Origin: Eledone cirrhosa
Taxonomy: Eukaryota
NCBI GenBank assembly: GCA_964016885.1
Contig: OZ024745.1
Span: 24,862,001-24,926,000, forward strand
DNA: 64,000 nucleotides
Direction of reading: 5' to 3'
In this document: piece by piece, positions 15,320-27,304 of the stretch
How the letters are laid out: each line of letters starts with the position of its first letter
Position numbering within the stretch: the stretch's first letter is position 1
The notes under the pieces: model-generated
Seen by the model: only the letters and a program-made list of their open reading frames with translations
Told to the model about the DNA's origin: nothing
Database searches by the model: none
Position numbers and translations under genes: made by a program

Positions 15320-18300
15320 GATAGCAACTAACAGTGCTGCGATCGAATGTGGCTTTTTAGCCCAGCCAATGATCCAAAATGTCTTGCACAGAGTCGGCAA
15401 CCAAAACATTTACTGGGAATAGTCGGCTGTGGTTGGAGTTCGTGTACTTTTGCATGTCGCTTGAGTCCTCCTGCTGATTTACATTCTCTACCACATGTTT
15501 GGCAAGCATGATGAGTAGCATCTCCAACAGCAGCCTGGTAGTCAACCACTGGTCTTACTTTATGACTGCGAAGATGACTTTCGAGTCCAGCTTTGCTTAG
15601 GCAGAGTCTCGCACAGACGCTGCATGTCAGAAACATAGGAGGACCCTCGCCGTCTGGAAGTGCAACAGCAATACCCTTCCTCACGTCCCGCTTTACTTTC
15701 TCGTGTGCGATTCGAGATGCCTCAAAGGCAACTTTTCCCTCATATACAGTCTTTCTCCATTTATTACGATCAGCAGCAACATTTTCCCATGTATCAGCAG
15801 AGATGTTAGCGTCTTTCAGAGAGGCCTTCAAGGAATCCTTATACCTCTTTTTTGGTTTATGTGGCGGTCGTTTTCCTTTAACCAACTCTCCATAGAAGAG
15901 TTGTTTTGGTATTCTAGAATCCTTCATCCTGGCAAGGTGACCACTCCAACGGAGTCGCTGCTTAAGCACAAGAGCTTCTATACTGTCACACATAGAGCTT
16001 TCCAAAATCTCGACATCACTGATGTGGTCCCTCCAGTGAACGCCATGTATCCGTCTGAGACACATCTGATGGAAACGCTCCAATTGCTTAAGGTGGCGTC
16101 GATATGTGACCCAGGTCTCGCAGGCATAAAGAAGACAAGAGAGTACACATGCCCTGTACACCTTTACCTTTGTCCTCCTGCATATGTCTCGCCGACCCCA
16201 GAGTCGCCTTTCTAGCTTTCCGAAAGCATCACTTGCTTTCCTAATCCTAAGTGAGATTTCACTGTCAAGGTTGCCGTATCGATTGACAGTGCTTCCCAGG
16301 TAGACAAACTGATCAACCACTCCAAGTCGTTTGCCATACACATAGATGTTTGGTTCAGTGTACTGCCTACCAGGTGCAGGTTGGTACATGACGACGGTTT
16401 TCTTGAGACTGACAGTCAAACCCAGGGCAGTGCAAGCGTCAGAAAATACATTCAAAATGTGCTGCATATCACTCTCTGTGTGCGCTACAAGATCGCAATC
16501 ATCTGCATACAAGAGGTCTCTTATGACTGATGTAAATACTTTTGTCTTCGCAGCAAAGCGCCTGATGTTAAATATGCTGCCTGAGGTTCGATATCGGATG
16601 TAAACACCATGCTCGCAATCCCTGAATGCAACACAGAAAACCATTGCAAAGTATATGGCAAACAGGGTCGGTGCTGGAATATCCCCCTGTTTCACTCCAT
16701 TTTTTACTGAGATAGGCTCCGACATGTTACCTCCGACATTAACCCAAGCCTTCATGTCGTCATGGAAAGACCTAACTAAAGCAAGGAACTTATCAGGGCA
16801 ACCAAGTTTCTGGAGAACCTTCCATAATGCATCTCTGTTGACAGTATCGAAAGCCTTTGTCAGATCGACAAAAACCTGATACAGATCCAAGCCCTGTTCA
16901 ATGCACTTCTCCTGGAGCTGTCTAGCTGAGAAGATCATATCAGTAGTGCCGCGTCCAACACGAAAACCAGATTGACTTTCAGGAAGGACACAATCTGCAA
17001 TGTGTGTCAGCAGACGGTCCAGAAGCACCCTACATAAAACTTTCCCCACGACAGAAAGCAATGATATACCTCTGTAGTTCCCACAATCATTCCTGTTACC
17101 CTTTCCCTTGTACAAGACCACCATTACTGCATCTCTCCAGTCCTCAGGCACGGATTCATTAGCCCATATCCTTCCAAACAGAGAGTGAAGATGTTGCAGG
17201 AGTCTCTCACCACCATATTGTAGGAGCTCAGCATGTATGCCATCCATACCTGGAGATCTTCCACTGTTCAGCTTCGAAATAGCCACTGCAACCTCCACAA
17301 GTGTCGGAGGCTCTGCGAGAGCTACTTTCACAGGACTTTCCGGAATGAGATTGAGGAAATCTTCACTGACGACAGACGGCTGATTCAAAAGATCATCAAA
17401 GTGCTCCCGCCACCTTCGTAGAATTCCCTGTGAGTCACGAAGAAGTTCTTTGCCATCCTTGCTGCGAATCGGTGTCACCAGAGAAGAAGACGGTCCATAA
17501 ACCTCACGCAAGAGACTGTACAACAGCTTTGTGTTATTGCAATCAGACGCAGTTTGTATCTCACCAGCCTTCTCACTCCACCACTGATCCTTCATCTGAG
17601 AAAGACTCCGCCTAACACGTGATTTTACATCCCTGAGCTCCTCATGCAACGTATTCCTCTCCTGTGGTCTTGCCGTCAAGTAGCGTGACAGAGCGCGCCT
17701 CTTATCAGCCAACAAGTCATCTATATGCACATCTTTCTCATTAAACCAGTCCTGATGTTTTCTCTGCACCAATCCCAGAACACGTCTGCCTACATCATAA
17801 ACCGACTTTTTAAGGGTCGGCCAATCCTCACCAAGATCTGCAGCCTGCATCTCTTCTTCCAATGTCCTCTTCACATTTTTATCCTTAAGACGAGCAGCAT
17901 TCAATCTTTTGGGCAGGGTAACACCAGGAGCCCGGATTTTACGTTTGGTGATTAGATTCACTTTTGCGCGTACCAGGCGGTGGTCCGTCCAGCACTCAGC
18001 TCCACGAAGAACACGAACACACCGCACATCCTGTCTGTCACGCATCCTGACTAGGACGTAGTCCAAAAGATGCCATTCCTTAGATGCAGGATGCATCCAT
18101 GTGGTCTTGAATTTGTTCTTTTGTTGGAACATGGTGTTGGTAACACACAGATCCAGCTCCTCACACATCTGCAGCAAGAGCATACCATTGCTGTTACACT
18201 TTCCCACCCCATGCCTTCCGATTACATTCCATGTGTTAAAATCCCTACCCACTCTAGCATTAAAGTCACCAAGCACGATGACTTTGTCTGCCTGAGGGAT

Positions 18301-18882
18301 ATTTCTTAAAACACCTTTCAAGGCATGGTAAAAGGACAGTTTTTCTTCATCGACAGAATTCATAGTTGGAGCATACACACTCACCAGGGTAGCATATCTT
18401 CCCTTGTCCAGCGGAACTCTCATGGACATAAGACGCTCACTAATCCCCACTGGGAATTCTTCCAATTTATTCACCAGTACAGTCTTAACAGCAAATCCTA
18501 CCCCAGCCTCTCTTCTGGTTCCTTCATCTCTTCCTTTCCAGAAGAATGTATATTCTCCACAAAATTCCGTAAGATGACCATCTCCAGCTAACCTCGTCTC
18601 AGACAAAGCCACGATGTCAAGATCGTAACGTCGAAGCTCCTTCGCAACAAGAGCGGTCCTTCGTTCAGGACGCTCCAAAGAATCCCTGTCAAGCAGCGTC
18701 CGTACGTTCCAGCAGCCAAGACTAAATGCCCTGTTTGGCTCTATTACAATGGCACGATGACGGGCGGGCCCAGGTTGTGATAACTTGGGGCCCCTGCCCT
18801 TATTGCCAATGATCTTTTTTGTTCCAGAACCCAAATTGGCAATTATCTCGTTTACATTGTTCTGGAACATCATTGAATTGGG

Positions 18883-18915
<33 letters not shown>

Positions 18916-18920
18916 TAATA

Positions 18921-18957
<37 letters not shown>

Positions 18958-19258
18958 ACTATTAATAATTATTAATGCACTCGTGCAATGCCTGTGCGTG
19001 ACGAATATTTTTAAAGTGAGGAAAGACTGTGCACTGAACCAATCCCACTCTCTGAGCGACAGTAGCTATAACCCGAAAAGAAGAAAAGATCAACATCATC
19101 GGTAACTACTGAGCCGCAGGTTTTATATCGGAGTTAACCCAGTTTCCTGAGATGCCTTCTCCTAGAAGAATACCCTGACATGGGCTAGGGGTTCTTCACT
19201 CCCAGTGGTTTAACTGCGCGATCGGGCATCCAGCCCGATTATTTCTATGTCCCCGCGC
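15076..19258 (-). mobile_element. Near full-length RTE-clade LINE
   Basis: Single APE+RT ORF; 3' hairpin ctcg-ataa-cgag followed by (CAT)/(ATGT)n tail; ~380-bp 5'UTR. Confidence 0.93.
15328..18873 (-). CDS. RTE ORF: APE endonuclease + reverse transcriptase + three C-terminal C2H2-like zinc fingers (1181 aa)
   Basis: APE motifs WNVRTL, LSETRL, YAPT, GDFNAR, LLDYV, TDH; RT motifs NYRGISLL, QSGFR, FVDLTKAFD, GVKQG, YADD, YLGS, RLRWSGH; no stops. Confidence 0.96.
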   Translation of the reverse strand: MMFQNNVNEIIANLGSGTKKIIGNKGRGPKLSQPGPARHRAIVIEPNRAFSLGCWNVRTLLDRDSLERPERRTALVAKELRRYDLDIVALSETRLAGDGHLTEFCGEYTFFWKGRDEGTRREAGVGFAVKTVLVNKLEEFPVGISERLMSMRVPLDKGRYATLVSVYAPTMNSVDEEKLSFYHALKGVLRNIPQADKVIVLGDFNARVGRDFNTWNVIGRHGVGKCNSNGMLLLQMCEELDLCVTNTMFQQKNKFKTTWMHPASKEWHLLDYVLVRMRDRQDVRCVRVLRGAECWTDHRLVRAKVNLITKRKIRAPGVTLPKRLNAARLKDKNVKRTLEEEMQAADLGEDWPTLKKSVYDVGRRVLGLVQRKHQDWFNEKDVHIDDLLADKRRALSRYLTARPQERNTLHEELRDVKSRVRRSLSQMKDQWWSEKAGEIQTASDCNNTKLLYSLLREVYGPSSSLVTPIRSKDGKELLRDSQGILRRWREHFDDLLNQPSVVSEDFLNLIPESPVKVALAEPPTLVEVAVAISKLNSGRSPGMDGIHAELLQYGGERLLQHLHSLFGRIWANESVPEDWRDAVMVVLYKGKGNRNDCGNYRGISLLSVVGKVLCRVLLDRLLTHIADCVLPESQSGFRVGRGTTDMIFSARQLQEKCIEQGLDLYQVFVDLTKAFDTVNRDALWKVLQKLGCPDKFLALVRSFHDDMKAWVNVGGNMSEPISVKNGVKQGDIPAPTLFAIYFAMVFCVAFRDCEHGVYIRYRTSGSIFNIRRFAAKTKVFTSVIRDLLYADDCDLVAHTESDMQHILNVFSDACTALGLTVSLKKTVVMYQPAPGRQYTEPNIYVYGKRLGVVDQFVYLGSTVNRYGNLDSEISLRIRKASDAFGKLERRLWGRRDICRRTKVKVYRACVLSCLLYACETWVTYRRHLKQLERFHQMCLRRIHGVHWRDHISDVEILESSMCDSIEALVLKQRLRWSGHLARMKDSRIPKQLFYGELVKGKRPPHKPKKRYKDSLKASLKDANISADTWENVAADRNKWRKTVYEGKVAFEASRIAHEKVKRDVRKGIAVALPDGEGPPMFLTCSVCARLCLSKAGLESHLRSHKVRPVVDYQAAVGDATHHACQTCGRECKSAGGLKRHAKVHELQPQPTIPSKCFGCRLCARHFGSLAGLKSHIRSQHC

Positions 19259-20524
19259 AAAAAAAAAAAAAAAAAAAAAAAAAATTACTTATTGACACTT
19301 ATACGTACGACATACACACACACGCATACATATGCGTGCACACAGCAACACTCACACACACAACAAACACACACACACGCTACTCTACTCACTTACACGC
19401 ACACACACACATATATATATATATATTACCGTCATTACTGATACAAGATTACCAGATTATGTCAACTGTTGACTTTCAAGAGTTTGTATAGTTGAAGCCG
19501 ATCGTATTACAGTCCAGTATTACTATAATTGCTTTACAGCATAGAGTTATGGCTCTCCACGGAGTCAACAAAAGAGAGTACCAGTGATGCGCTGGCCAGT
19601 CGCTGGATCCGTGCCAAAAGCAGAAAAATTATTATTAAAGTTGTTCTTAAGGCCAGGTCGCTGGTGATGGTGATGGCGACGGCGGTGGCGGTGGTGGTGG
19701 TGGTGGCAGTTGATGTTGTTGTTCTGTTGTGTGTGTGTGTGTGTGTGTGTGTGTTTTGTTATTTTGAGTTTTTTTTTTTTTTTTCCTTTCTTTTTTTTCT
19801 CCTTTTTTTTTTTTTTTTTTTTTTTTTTCCCCTTCCCTTTTCTTTTTTCTTTTCCCTTCCTTTTTTTTTATGTTTTGATGCCGCTGTTGTTGTTGTTGTA
19901 ATTGTTGTAAATGTTCATTTCAGTTCATTCTGAAGCTGTTGTTGCTGTAAACATTAGGGCCGGTGTTGTTGTTGTTGTAGATGTTGGGGTTGAAATCTGG
20001 TTGTTTGACTGAGTGATGTATATACACACATATACATACACACACATATATATATATACATTCATCAGAGAGTAGAGAGGGAGTATGAGGGAGCTTATAG
20101 ATAGGACAACACACGCTGTCTCTTCGTGGGGTAAGTTTTTAATTAATTTTTGTATTCTGAAACATCAAAATACAACAATTTGTTGGTTACTGGACTCGGG
20201 AATGTCACGACAGAAGTTTGTGGAAGTTACACAAATATTTTAGTATATTTTAGCAGAGCAATCCTTATTTATATTTTACATTGACTTACATCTCAATATA
20301 ACATGGCTAGAATTCAAATTTTGCTAAGAGAAGAAAACGGTCAAATGAACTAGATACATCTCACTGTCCACACCACCACAATAACGTCTACACTCTCTCC
20401 CCACCATCACATGTCATTACCATACCATACCCTATCGAGACTAAAGTCATCGACCTGTTGTCAAACATACATACATACATACATACATACATACATACAT
20501 ACATACATACATACATACATACAT

Positions 20525-21080
20525 AGTGGCTGCCAACTCGTTTTCGAGTACGGCCACTACTTTATATCCATGTAGGAGAACCCCTGCCGATGCGCTGAAC
20601 GAGTGTGACTTTTTAGTCCAGCCAGCGACTTGAAAACTCTGGTACAAACACTACACTTGTGACAATTATTGACACATAGTGCTGGGCCCATGGTACCATG
20701 TGATAACAAGTGCAGAGAGATCTCCAGATATAAAGCAATGCCTATGCCGTGAAGCTTTTATAGTGAGCAAAGGCACTGCACAAAGCCAGTCCCACTCTCT
20801 TAACCAAGATGATATTTACCAAAAAGAAGAACAAGTCAACATCATTGGATACCACCAGGGTTGCAGGTGTTATATCAGAGTTTTCCTTCTCCTAGAATTC
20901 TGCCTTGACAAAGGCTAAGGGGTCATCTCTCCCGGTGATTTTGGATGGCCATTGACTCTTAAGAGCTCTTTGCCCTTTGACAGGTTTTGTTTTTAGTCCT
21001 GCAAGATGTCCAAAGTCACCCTCCTCACCAAGAAACCTTGGTGGGGTTGCCAGTTTAGTCGCCAACGACCCGACCATGGG
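20525..21080 (-). mobile_element. Non-autonomous RTE-derived element (5'UTR + 3' tail)
   Basis: RTE 5'UTR-like ctaggagaaggaaaactctgat; 3' hairpin ctcg-aaaa-cgag then (ATGT)n; other copies at 23991 and 47591. Confidence 0.85.
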
Positions 21081-21414
21081 ACATACATACATACATCCAT
21101 ACATACATATATACATAGATATATACATACATACATCCATCCATCCATCCATCCATACATACATACATACATACATTTGCATCAAATAACTGCATATACA
21201 CATGCACAGATACAAAACATATACACATCCGCACATACAATAACATCCATATCTACACATGCATGCATACATACATATCTACCTAGTTGATGTTGTGTAA
21301 ATTCCAATGAGAGAGTCTTGTGTCTATGTTAGAAACCGACTCTCTCTCTCTATTGGTAAAAATTTATGAAATTATAAAACGAGAAGAACATACATACATA
21401 CATACATACATACA

Positions 21415-21448
<34 letters not shown>

Positions 21449-21749
21449 CATACATACATACATACATACATACACGTATTTGTCAGAACAGCAGGGGTGA
21501 CACATTAAGTGAAGTTGGCACCAGTCTTAATTACGACAATTTCACGCCATTTGTCTCCAGCTATGTTGATTGACGACAGTGCTTCGCTGTCAGGGTAGAT
21601 AACTCTGTTGTAGATAATGACAGCAGCGCCATTTTTAACGTAATAAGAACAGACGGGTAGAGATGAGTTATTTACATATATACGAGTGTGAATATTTCTC
21701 TGTGAGTGTATGAATGTTCATGATTGCATGTGTCTGTATATGTGTGTGT

Positions 21750-21809
<60 letters not shown>

Positions 21810-22080
21810 AGAGGGGGGCAGATGTCAATGAGTGTGAATCAGGAAAATAAGAGCATGACTGTGGAAATGTGAATGGATGTATTTACGTGTGTATATATAT
21901 ATATATTTATATATACATACATGTGAACACACACACACACACACACACGTTTATATATATAGTATGTCTATAAGTTTATATAGAAAAGGCTTCTACAAGA
22001 CTAGAACTGTTACATTTGTATAAAATCATGGTTACAACTGACTCAACTTGGGATCTACGTATATATATATATATAGATAG

Positions 22081-22187
<107 letters not shown>

Positions 22188-22285
22188 TGTCTGAATGTAG
22201 TAAAGTTAACATGGATGCATTTCTTGTGAATGCGCGCGTAAATACGTCTGAATATATCCACCTGTGTTATTATCTATGTGGAAAT

Positions 22286-22389
<104 letters not shown>

Positions 22390-22687
22390 CTTGGTATGTT
22401 TATATACATTTTTTCTTCTAACTTTAATTTTATACCTAATTGTGTATGGTTGACGATATATTTAATCGATTTCCACATACTATTAGAAATGCTGGGTAAA
22501 TATTCTATAGTTGTTGATCGCGAATAGATGGCTGTCGTTTATTTATCTATTATTTCTTCATAGGTGCCTTTTAATCTTATAGCCTGGTTTAATTGTTTTT
22601 TGTTTTTTTTTGTTTGGTTGATTATGCTGATTGGGAGAGGAGATGGTGTATATATTTTATCAAATGATTCTACGGACATACTTTATA

Positions 22688-22774
<87 letters not shown>

Positions 22775-22889
22775 ACTATGGGGGAACTAAGCTGCGTTTT
22801 TCTTTCAATGTGTATGTGTGCGTGTGTCTGTGTGTGTTTCTAAGTTAAAAATTATAAATCAATATTTCTATGAATATATATATATATAT

Positions 22890-23080
22890 AACGAAGGAAA
22901 TGTGGTAAGGAACCAGGTGGACCATAACGCTCCAAAGTACTCAATACTTAGGGTAGTAAAGTGGGTAATAGGAACGAGTAGGACCCCGACGGCTGAGCTC
23001 AAGCCGTTTCGACGGCTAATTCCGGGAATTAGCCGTCGAAACGGCTTGAGCTCAGCCGTCGGGGTCCTACTCGTTCCTAT
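22890..23080 (-). mobile_element. Family C PLE-end fragment with a perfect palindrome of 56-bp arms (22968-23080)
   Basis: Mirror centred on 23024; (TA)n flanks. Confidence 0.75.
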
Positions 23081-23190
23081 ATATATATACACACACACAG
23101 GATCCCACATATATTTATTAGAATGGTGGTGAAGTATGTATGCATTTTTTGGGGACCCCTGTATGTGTGTGTATATTTATATATACATAC

Positions 23191-23224
<34 letters not shown>

Positions 23225-23990
23225 ATATATATATAGGAGAAAGACAGAATGAGAGATTATGTAGATAAAACACGAAGCAAATTCATATCATATTCAGAAA
23301 AACCCTATATACATATCTCATATTTACCTCCGCACACATTTGAAATACACGCACACATATACACTTCCATACACACACACACACATCTACACACATCTAT
23401 ACAGAGGAATAAATATAAACCAGTGACCCACGAACCGAAGGAAGCAATGTCTTATTGGTTAACAGGAAACATCTTCGTAAGAGTATAGTGAGGTCATAGA
23501 ACATGAGTGCCATTTGACGGTTAGTTCAGTGCAGAAACTTGCTGTTAGGTCAAATACGTACAGTTTCCTGACTTTATAGCCTGCACTTAAATATATATAA
23601 TCCACGGGAAACGATTGGTAAACTATTTATTACGAAGAGTAGCGTCGTTGGTACCGTACAGTACAGTGTATAAGTACAAACATACATACGTACACAGAGA
23701 ACGGTCGTTCGTATACATACATACTTACATACGTACATACATACATAAATACATACACACATAAATACTTACGTATATAAATACATACATACATATATAC
23801 ATACATAAAAACATACATACATTCATATATACACACATACATACATGCACACACACATATACATACATACATACACACATACATACATACATACATATTT
23901 ACACAGCGAACGGTTGTTCGTATACATAGACACTTACGTACGTATATACATACATAAATACATACATACATAAATACATACATACATACA

Positions 23991-24633
23991 TGGTGGCTGC
24001 CAACTCGTTTTCGAGTACGGCCACTACTTTATATCCGTGTAGAACCCCTACCGATGCGCTAAACAAGTGTGACTTTTTAGTCCACCCAGCGACTTGAAAA
24101 CTCTGGTACAAACACTACACCTGTGACAATTATTGACACATATTGCTGGGCCCATGGTACCATGTGACGACAAGTGCAGAGAGATCTCCAGATATAAAGC
24201 AATGCCTGTGCCGTGAAGCTTTTATAGTGAGCAAAGACACTGCACAAAGCCAGTCCCACTCTCTTAACCAAGATGATATTTACCAAAAAGAAGAACAAGT
24301 CAACATCATTGGATACCATCAGAGTTGCAGGTGTTATATCAGAGTTTTCCTTCTCCTAGAATTCTGCCTTGACAAAGGCTAAGGGGTCATCTCTCCCGAT
24401 GATTTTGGATGGCCATTGACTCTTAAGAGCTCCTTTGCCCTTTGACGGGTTTTGTTTTTAGTCCAAAGTCACCCTCCTCACCAAGGTTTCTTGGTGGGGT
24501 TGCCAGTTTAGTCGCCAACGACCCGACCATGGGAGAACGGTCGTTCGTATACATACATACTTACGTAGGCACATACATACATAAATACATGGTGGCTGCC
24601 AACTCATTTTCGAGTCCGGCCATTACTTTATAT
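23991..24633 (-). mobile_element. Non-autonomous RTE-derived element plus a second 3'-end fragment (24590-24633)
   Basis: Highly similar to 20525-21080. Confidence 0.85.
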
Positions 24634-24726
24634 CAGTTCTAGTCCTGTAGAAGCCTTTCTATATTAAATATATATATATATATACGATATATTAACAAAT
24701 GGAAACTATATTTATAAAACCATATT

Positions 24727-24790
24727 TATTTCATTATACATATTTCAAGGACATCAAGTTAATTATGGTGTGCTTTCATCAGATAAAATA
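24727..24790 (-). ncRNA. Minimal type I hammerhead ribozyme (family A copy 24690-24920)
   Basis: Reverse complement reads uauuuuau-CUGAUGA-aagcacacc..gauguccuu-GAAA-uaugua-UA-augaaaua. Confidence 0.75.
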
Positions 24791-24918
24791 TAATATAGAG
24801 CAGTTTTATAAATAAATATTGACATACCCTTAAAGAATGCGACCATTACTGTTGGAAGCTCCCGGGAGCTTCCAACAGTAATGGTCACATTGTATCCCAA
24901 CAATTTAAATAGAACTTC

Positions 24919-24993
<75 letters not shown>

Positions 24994-25125
24994 ATGTGTG
25001 CGAGTGTATTTATCTATGTATGGATATGTACAAAAATGTGTGTGTATGCGTTCGTGTTTATGTCCCATATTGTACCAACGTCGCGTGCGTGGGTGTGCAC
25101 ACATTGTCGTATGTTTAAGTACACG

Positions 25126-25212
<87 letters not shown>

Positions 25213-25373
25213 GATATATATGTATGTATATATATATGTGTGTGTAGAAGTTATATTTATTTGTTGGGATTCCAACAAACTTAAATGTTTATAACTGATA
25301 TAGAGCACTCAACAGTACTGGAGTAAATATTCAATATATTAATAAATGGAAACTATATTTATAAAACCATAAT

Positions 25374-25438
25374 TATTTTATTATATATATTTCAAGGGCG
25401 ACCAAGTCAATCTTGGTGCGCTTTCATCAGATAAAATA
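25374..25438 (-). ncRNA. Minimal type I hammerhead ribozyme (family A)
   Basis: Reverse complement of 25576-25640. Confidence 0.8.
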
Positions 25439-25575
25439 CAAAATTTGTTTTATAAATAGTGACATAACCATGGAAAACAACCTTGACGGTTGAAAATTCG
25501 CTTGACTACCCAGCGAATTTTCAACCGTCAAGGTTGTTTTCCATGGTTATGTCACTATTTATAAAACAAATTTTG

Positions 25576-25640
25576 TATTTTATCTGATGAAAGCGCACCA
25601 AGATTGACTTGGTCGCCCTTGAAATATATATAATAAAATA
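25576..25640 (+). ncRNA. Minimal type I hammerhead ribozyme (family A)
   Basis: uauuuuau-CUGAUGA(25584)-aagcgc-accaag/cuuggu-cgcccuu-GAAA(25621)-uauaua-UA-auaaaaua. Confidence 0.82.
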
Positions 25641-25710
25641 ATTATGGTTTTATAAATATAGTTTCCATTTATTAATATATTGTATATTTATATATATATA
25701 TATATATATA

Positions 25711-26246
25711 AACAATTAAGTTAAAAATGTACATCCACATATGTATACTGAAATACTAGTATGCATATGAATACACACACGTGTACATATGTAGATGTAC
25801 CGAGTTTTTCACTGGACACTTTACTGTGAGTGTCCAGCTATTCTGTATGTAAACACACAGACAAACCGGTTTTTAGAGTCATACTGGTTTTCGAGGAAAC
25901 ACCTTTCCTCTATTCTCCAGAAAGCCAGACAAGGAATATTGGACTAGTTTCGATGTTGTTACATCTCATCAGCAATATTTACCTATCTTCCGGCCTTTCT
26001 AGAGAATCGTAAAAGCACATATCGTTATATGCTTTTTCTATGAAAATTAGTAGTGGGCAGACTAATTTGCATCGAGCGTGAGTACGTACCGGTTCAGCGG
26101 AGACGATAAAAACAAATAACGAAACGAAATTAAATTTCGTTTCGTTTGTAACTCACTTTTGTATGACTGACGCTTAAACAATTAAGTTAAAAATGTACAT
26201 CCACATATGTATACTGAAATACTAGTATGCATATGAATACACACAC

Positions 26247-26253
<7 letters not shown>
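25711..26253 (-). mobile_element. Retrozyme-like / non-autonomous PLE (family B), 466-bp monomer, ~1.16 units
   Basis: Sequence at 25711 recurs at 26177; one HHR per unit; (TA)n flanks; non-coding. Confidence 0.8.
25935..25979 (-). ncRNA. Minimal type I hammerhead ribozyme (family B), GUC cleavage triplet
   Basis: Reverse complement reads aauauug-CUGAUGA-gaugu aaca acauc-GAAA-cuag-UC-caauauu; perfect 7-bp stem I and 5-bp stem II. Confidence 0.88.
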
Positions 26254-26291
<38 letters not shown>

Positions 26292-26564
26292 GTGTATGTG
26301 CGTGCGTTTGTATATGTGTATGTCTGTGTATCGCTATTTCCCTCTGTGGTTGCACAGAGAAGTCAACATCTTTACTCACACACACAGACACACACGGACA
26401 CACACACAGACACACACACACACAGACACACACACATATGCACGCACAGACTCACAGAGACACACACAGACACACACACAACTCCTATCGTTTGATGCTC
26501 TCGAGATTGATAAACTCTCACCTCTTCAACTGACACTTCTATCAACATCCTAACCCTTCTCTCA

Positions 26565-26701
26565 CTCTCTCTCGCTCTCTCTCTCATTCCATCTATCTAT
26601 TCCTCTCTATCTATCTATCTATTCCTCTCTCTCTCTCACTCTCTCTCTATCTTATTCCATCTATCTATTCCTCTCTATATATATATCTATCTACCTATCT
26701 A

Positions 26702-26754
<53 letters not shown>

Positions 26755-26871
26755 CCATCTATCCATTCCTCTCTCTCTCTCTCTCTCATTCCATCTATCC
26801 ATTCCTCTCTCTCTCTCTCGTTTCTTTCTCTCTCTCATTCCATCTATCTATTCCTCTCTATCTATCTATTC

Positions 26872-26933
<62 letters not shown>

Positions 26934-26946
26934 CCATCTATCTATT

Positions 26947-26995
<49 letters not shown>
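26565..26995. repeat. (CT)n/(TCTA)n compound repeat
   Basis: Direct reading. Confidence 0.93.
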
Positions 26996-26998
<3 letters not shown>

Positions 26999-27304
26999 CA
27001 GCGGTATGCCTCCTCCTCCTCCTCCTCCCCCCTCCTCCTCCCTCTGACCCGTCTCTCTATATTTCTCTGTCTAGCCTTGATCTTGCTAGTTGGCTGATCG
27101 CTTCGTCATATGTCTGACGTCATAGTAAGATGATCGTTATCATCGGAGATCAACTCTTCATATCTCTTATTTGGTTCCTATTCAATATTTTAACCTCAAT
27201 TCAGACTTTAAGCCCTCCTCGCCAAAGCTCCACACACTTTCCTGCCATTCCTCTACAGTCCTCGGAGCATTTCTTTGAGAAGGAACTTTCCCAGTTTACT
27301 GTAA

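Larger units (their letters stand above)
25245..25683. mobile_element. Family A pseudo-LTR element, near-perfect palindrome with ~170-bp arms
   Basis: Arms ~25332-25501 and ~25513-25682; (TA)n on the right. Confidence 0.82.

Noticed and set aside
19160-19258. HDV-like ribozyme at the RTE 5' end (also checked 20940-21080)
   Set aside because: Hairpins are present but I could not build the nested double pseudoknot by eye; needs an RNArobo or Infernal search
25830-26012. Repeated 60-aa ORF (also 46536, 47057) and 79-aa ORF (20679, 24143, 47623)
   Set aside because: They recur only because the host repeats recur; non-ATG starts, antisense to the element RNA, no recognisable domain
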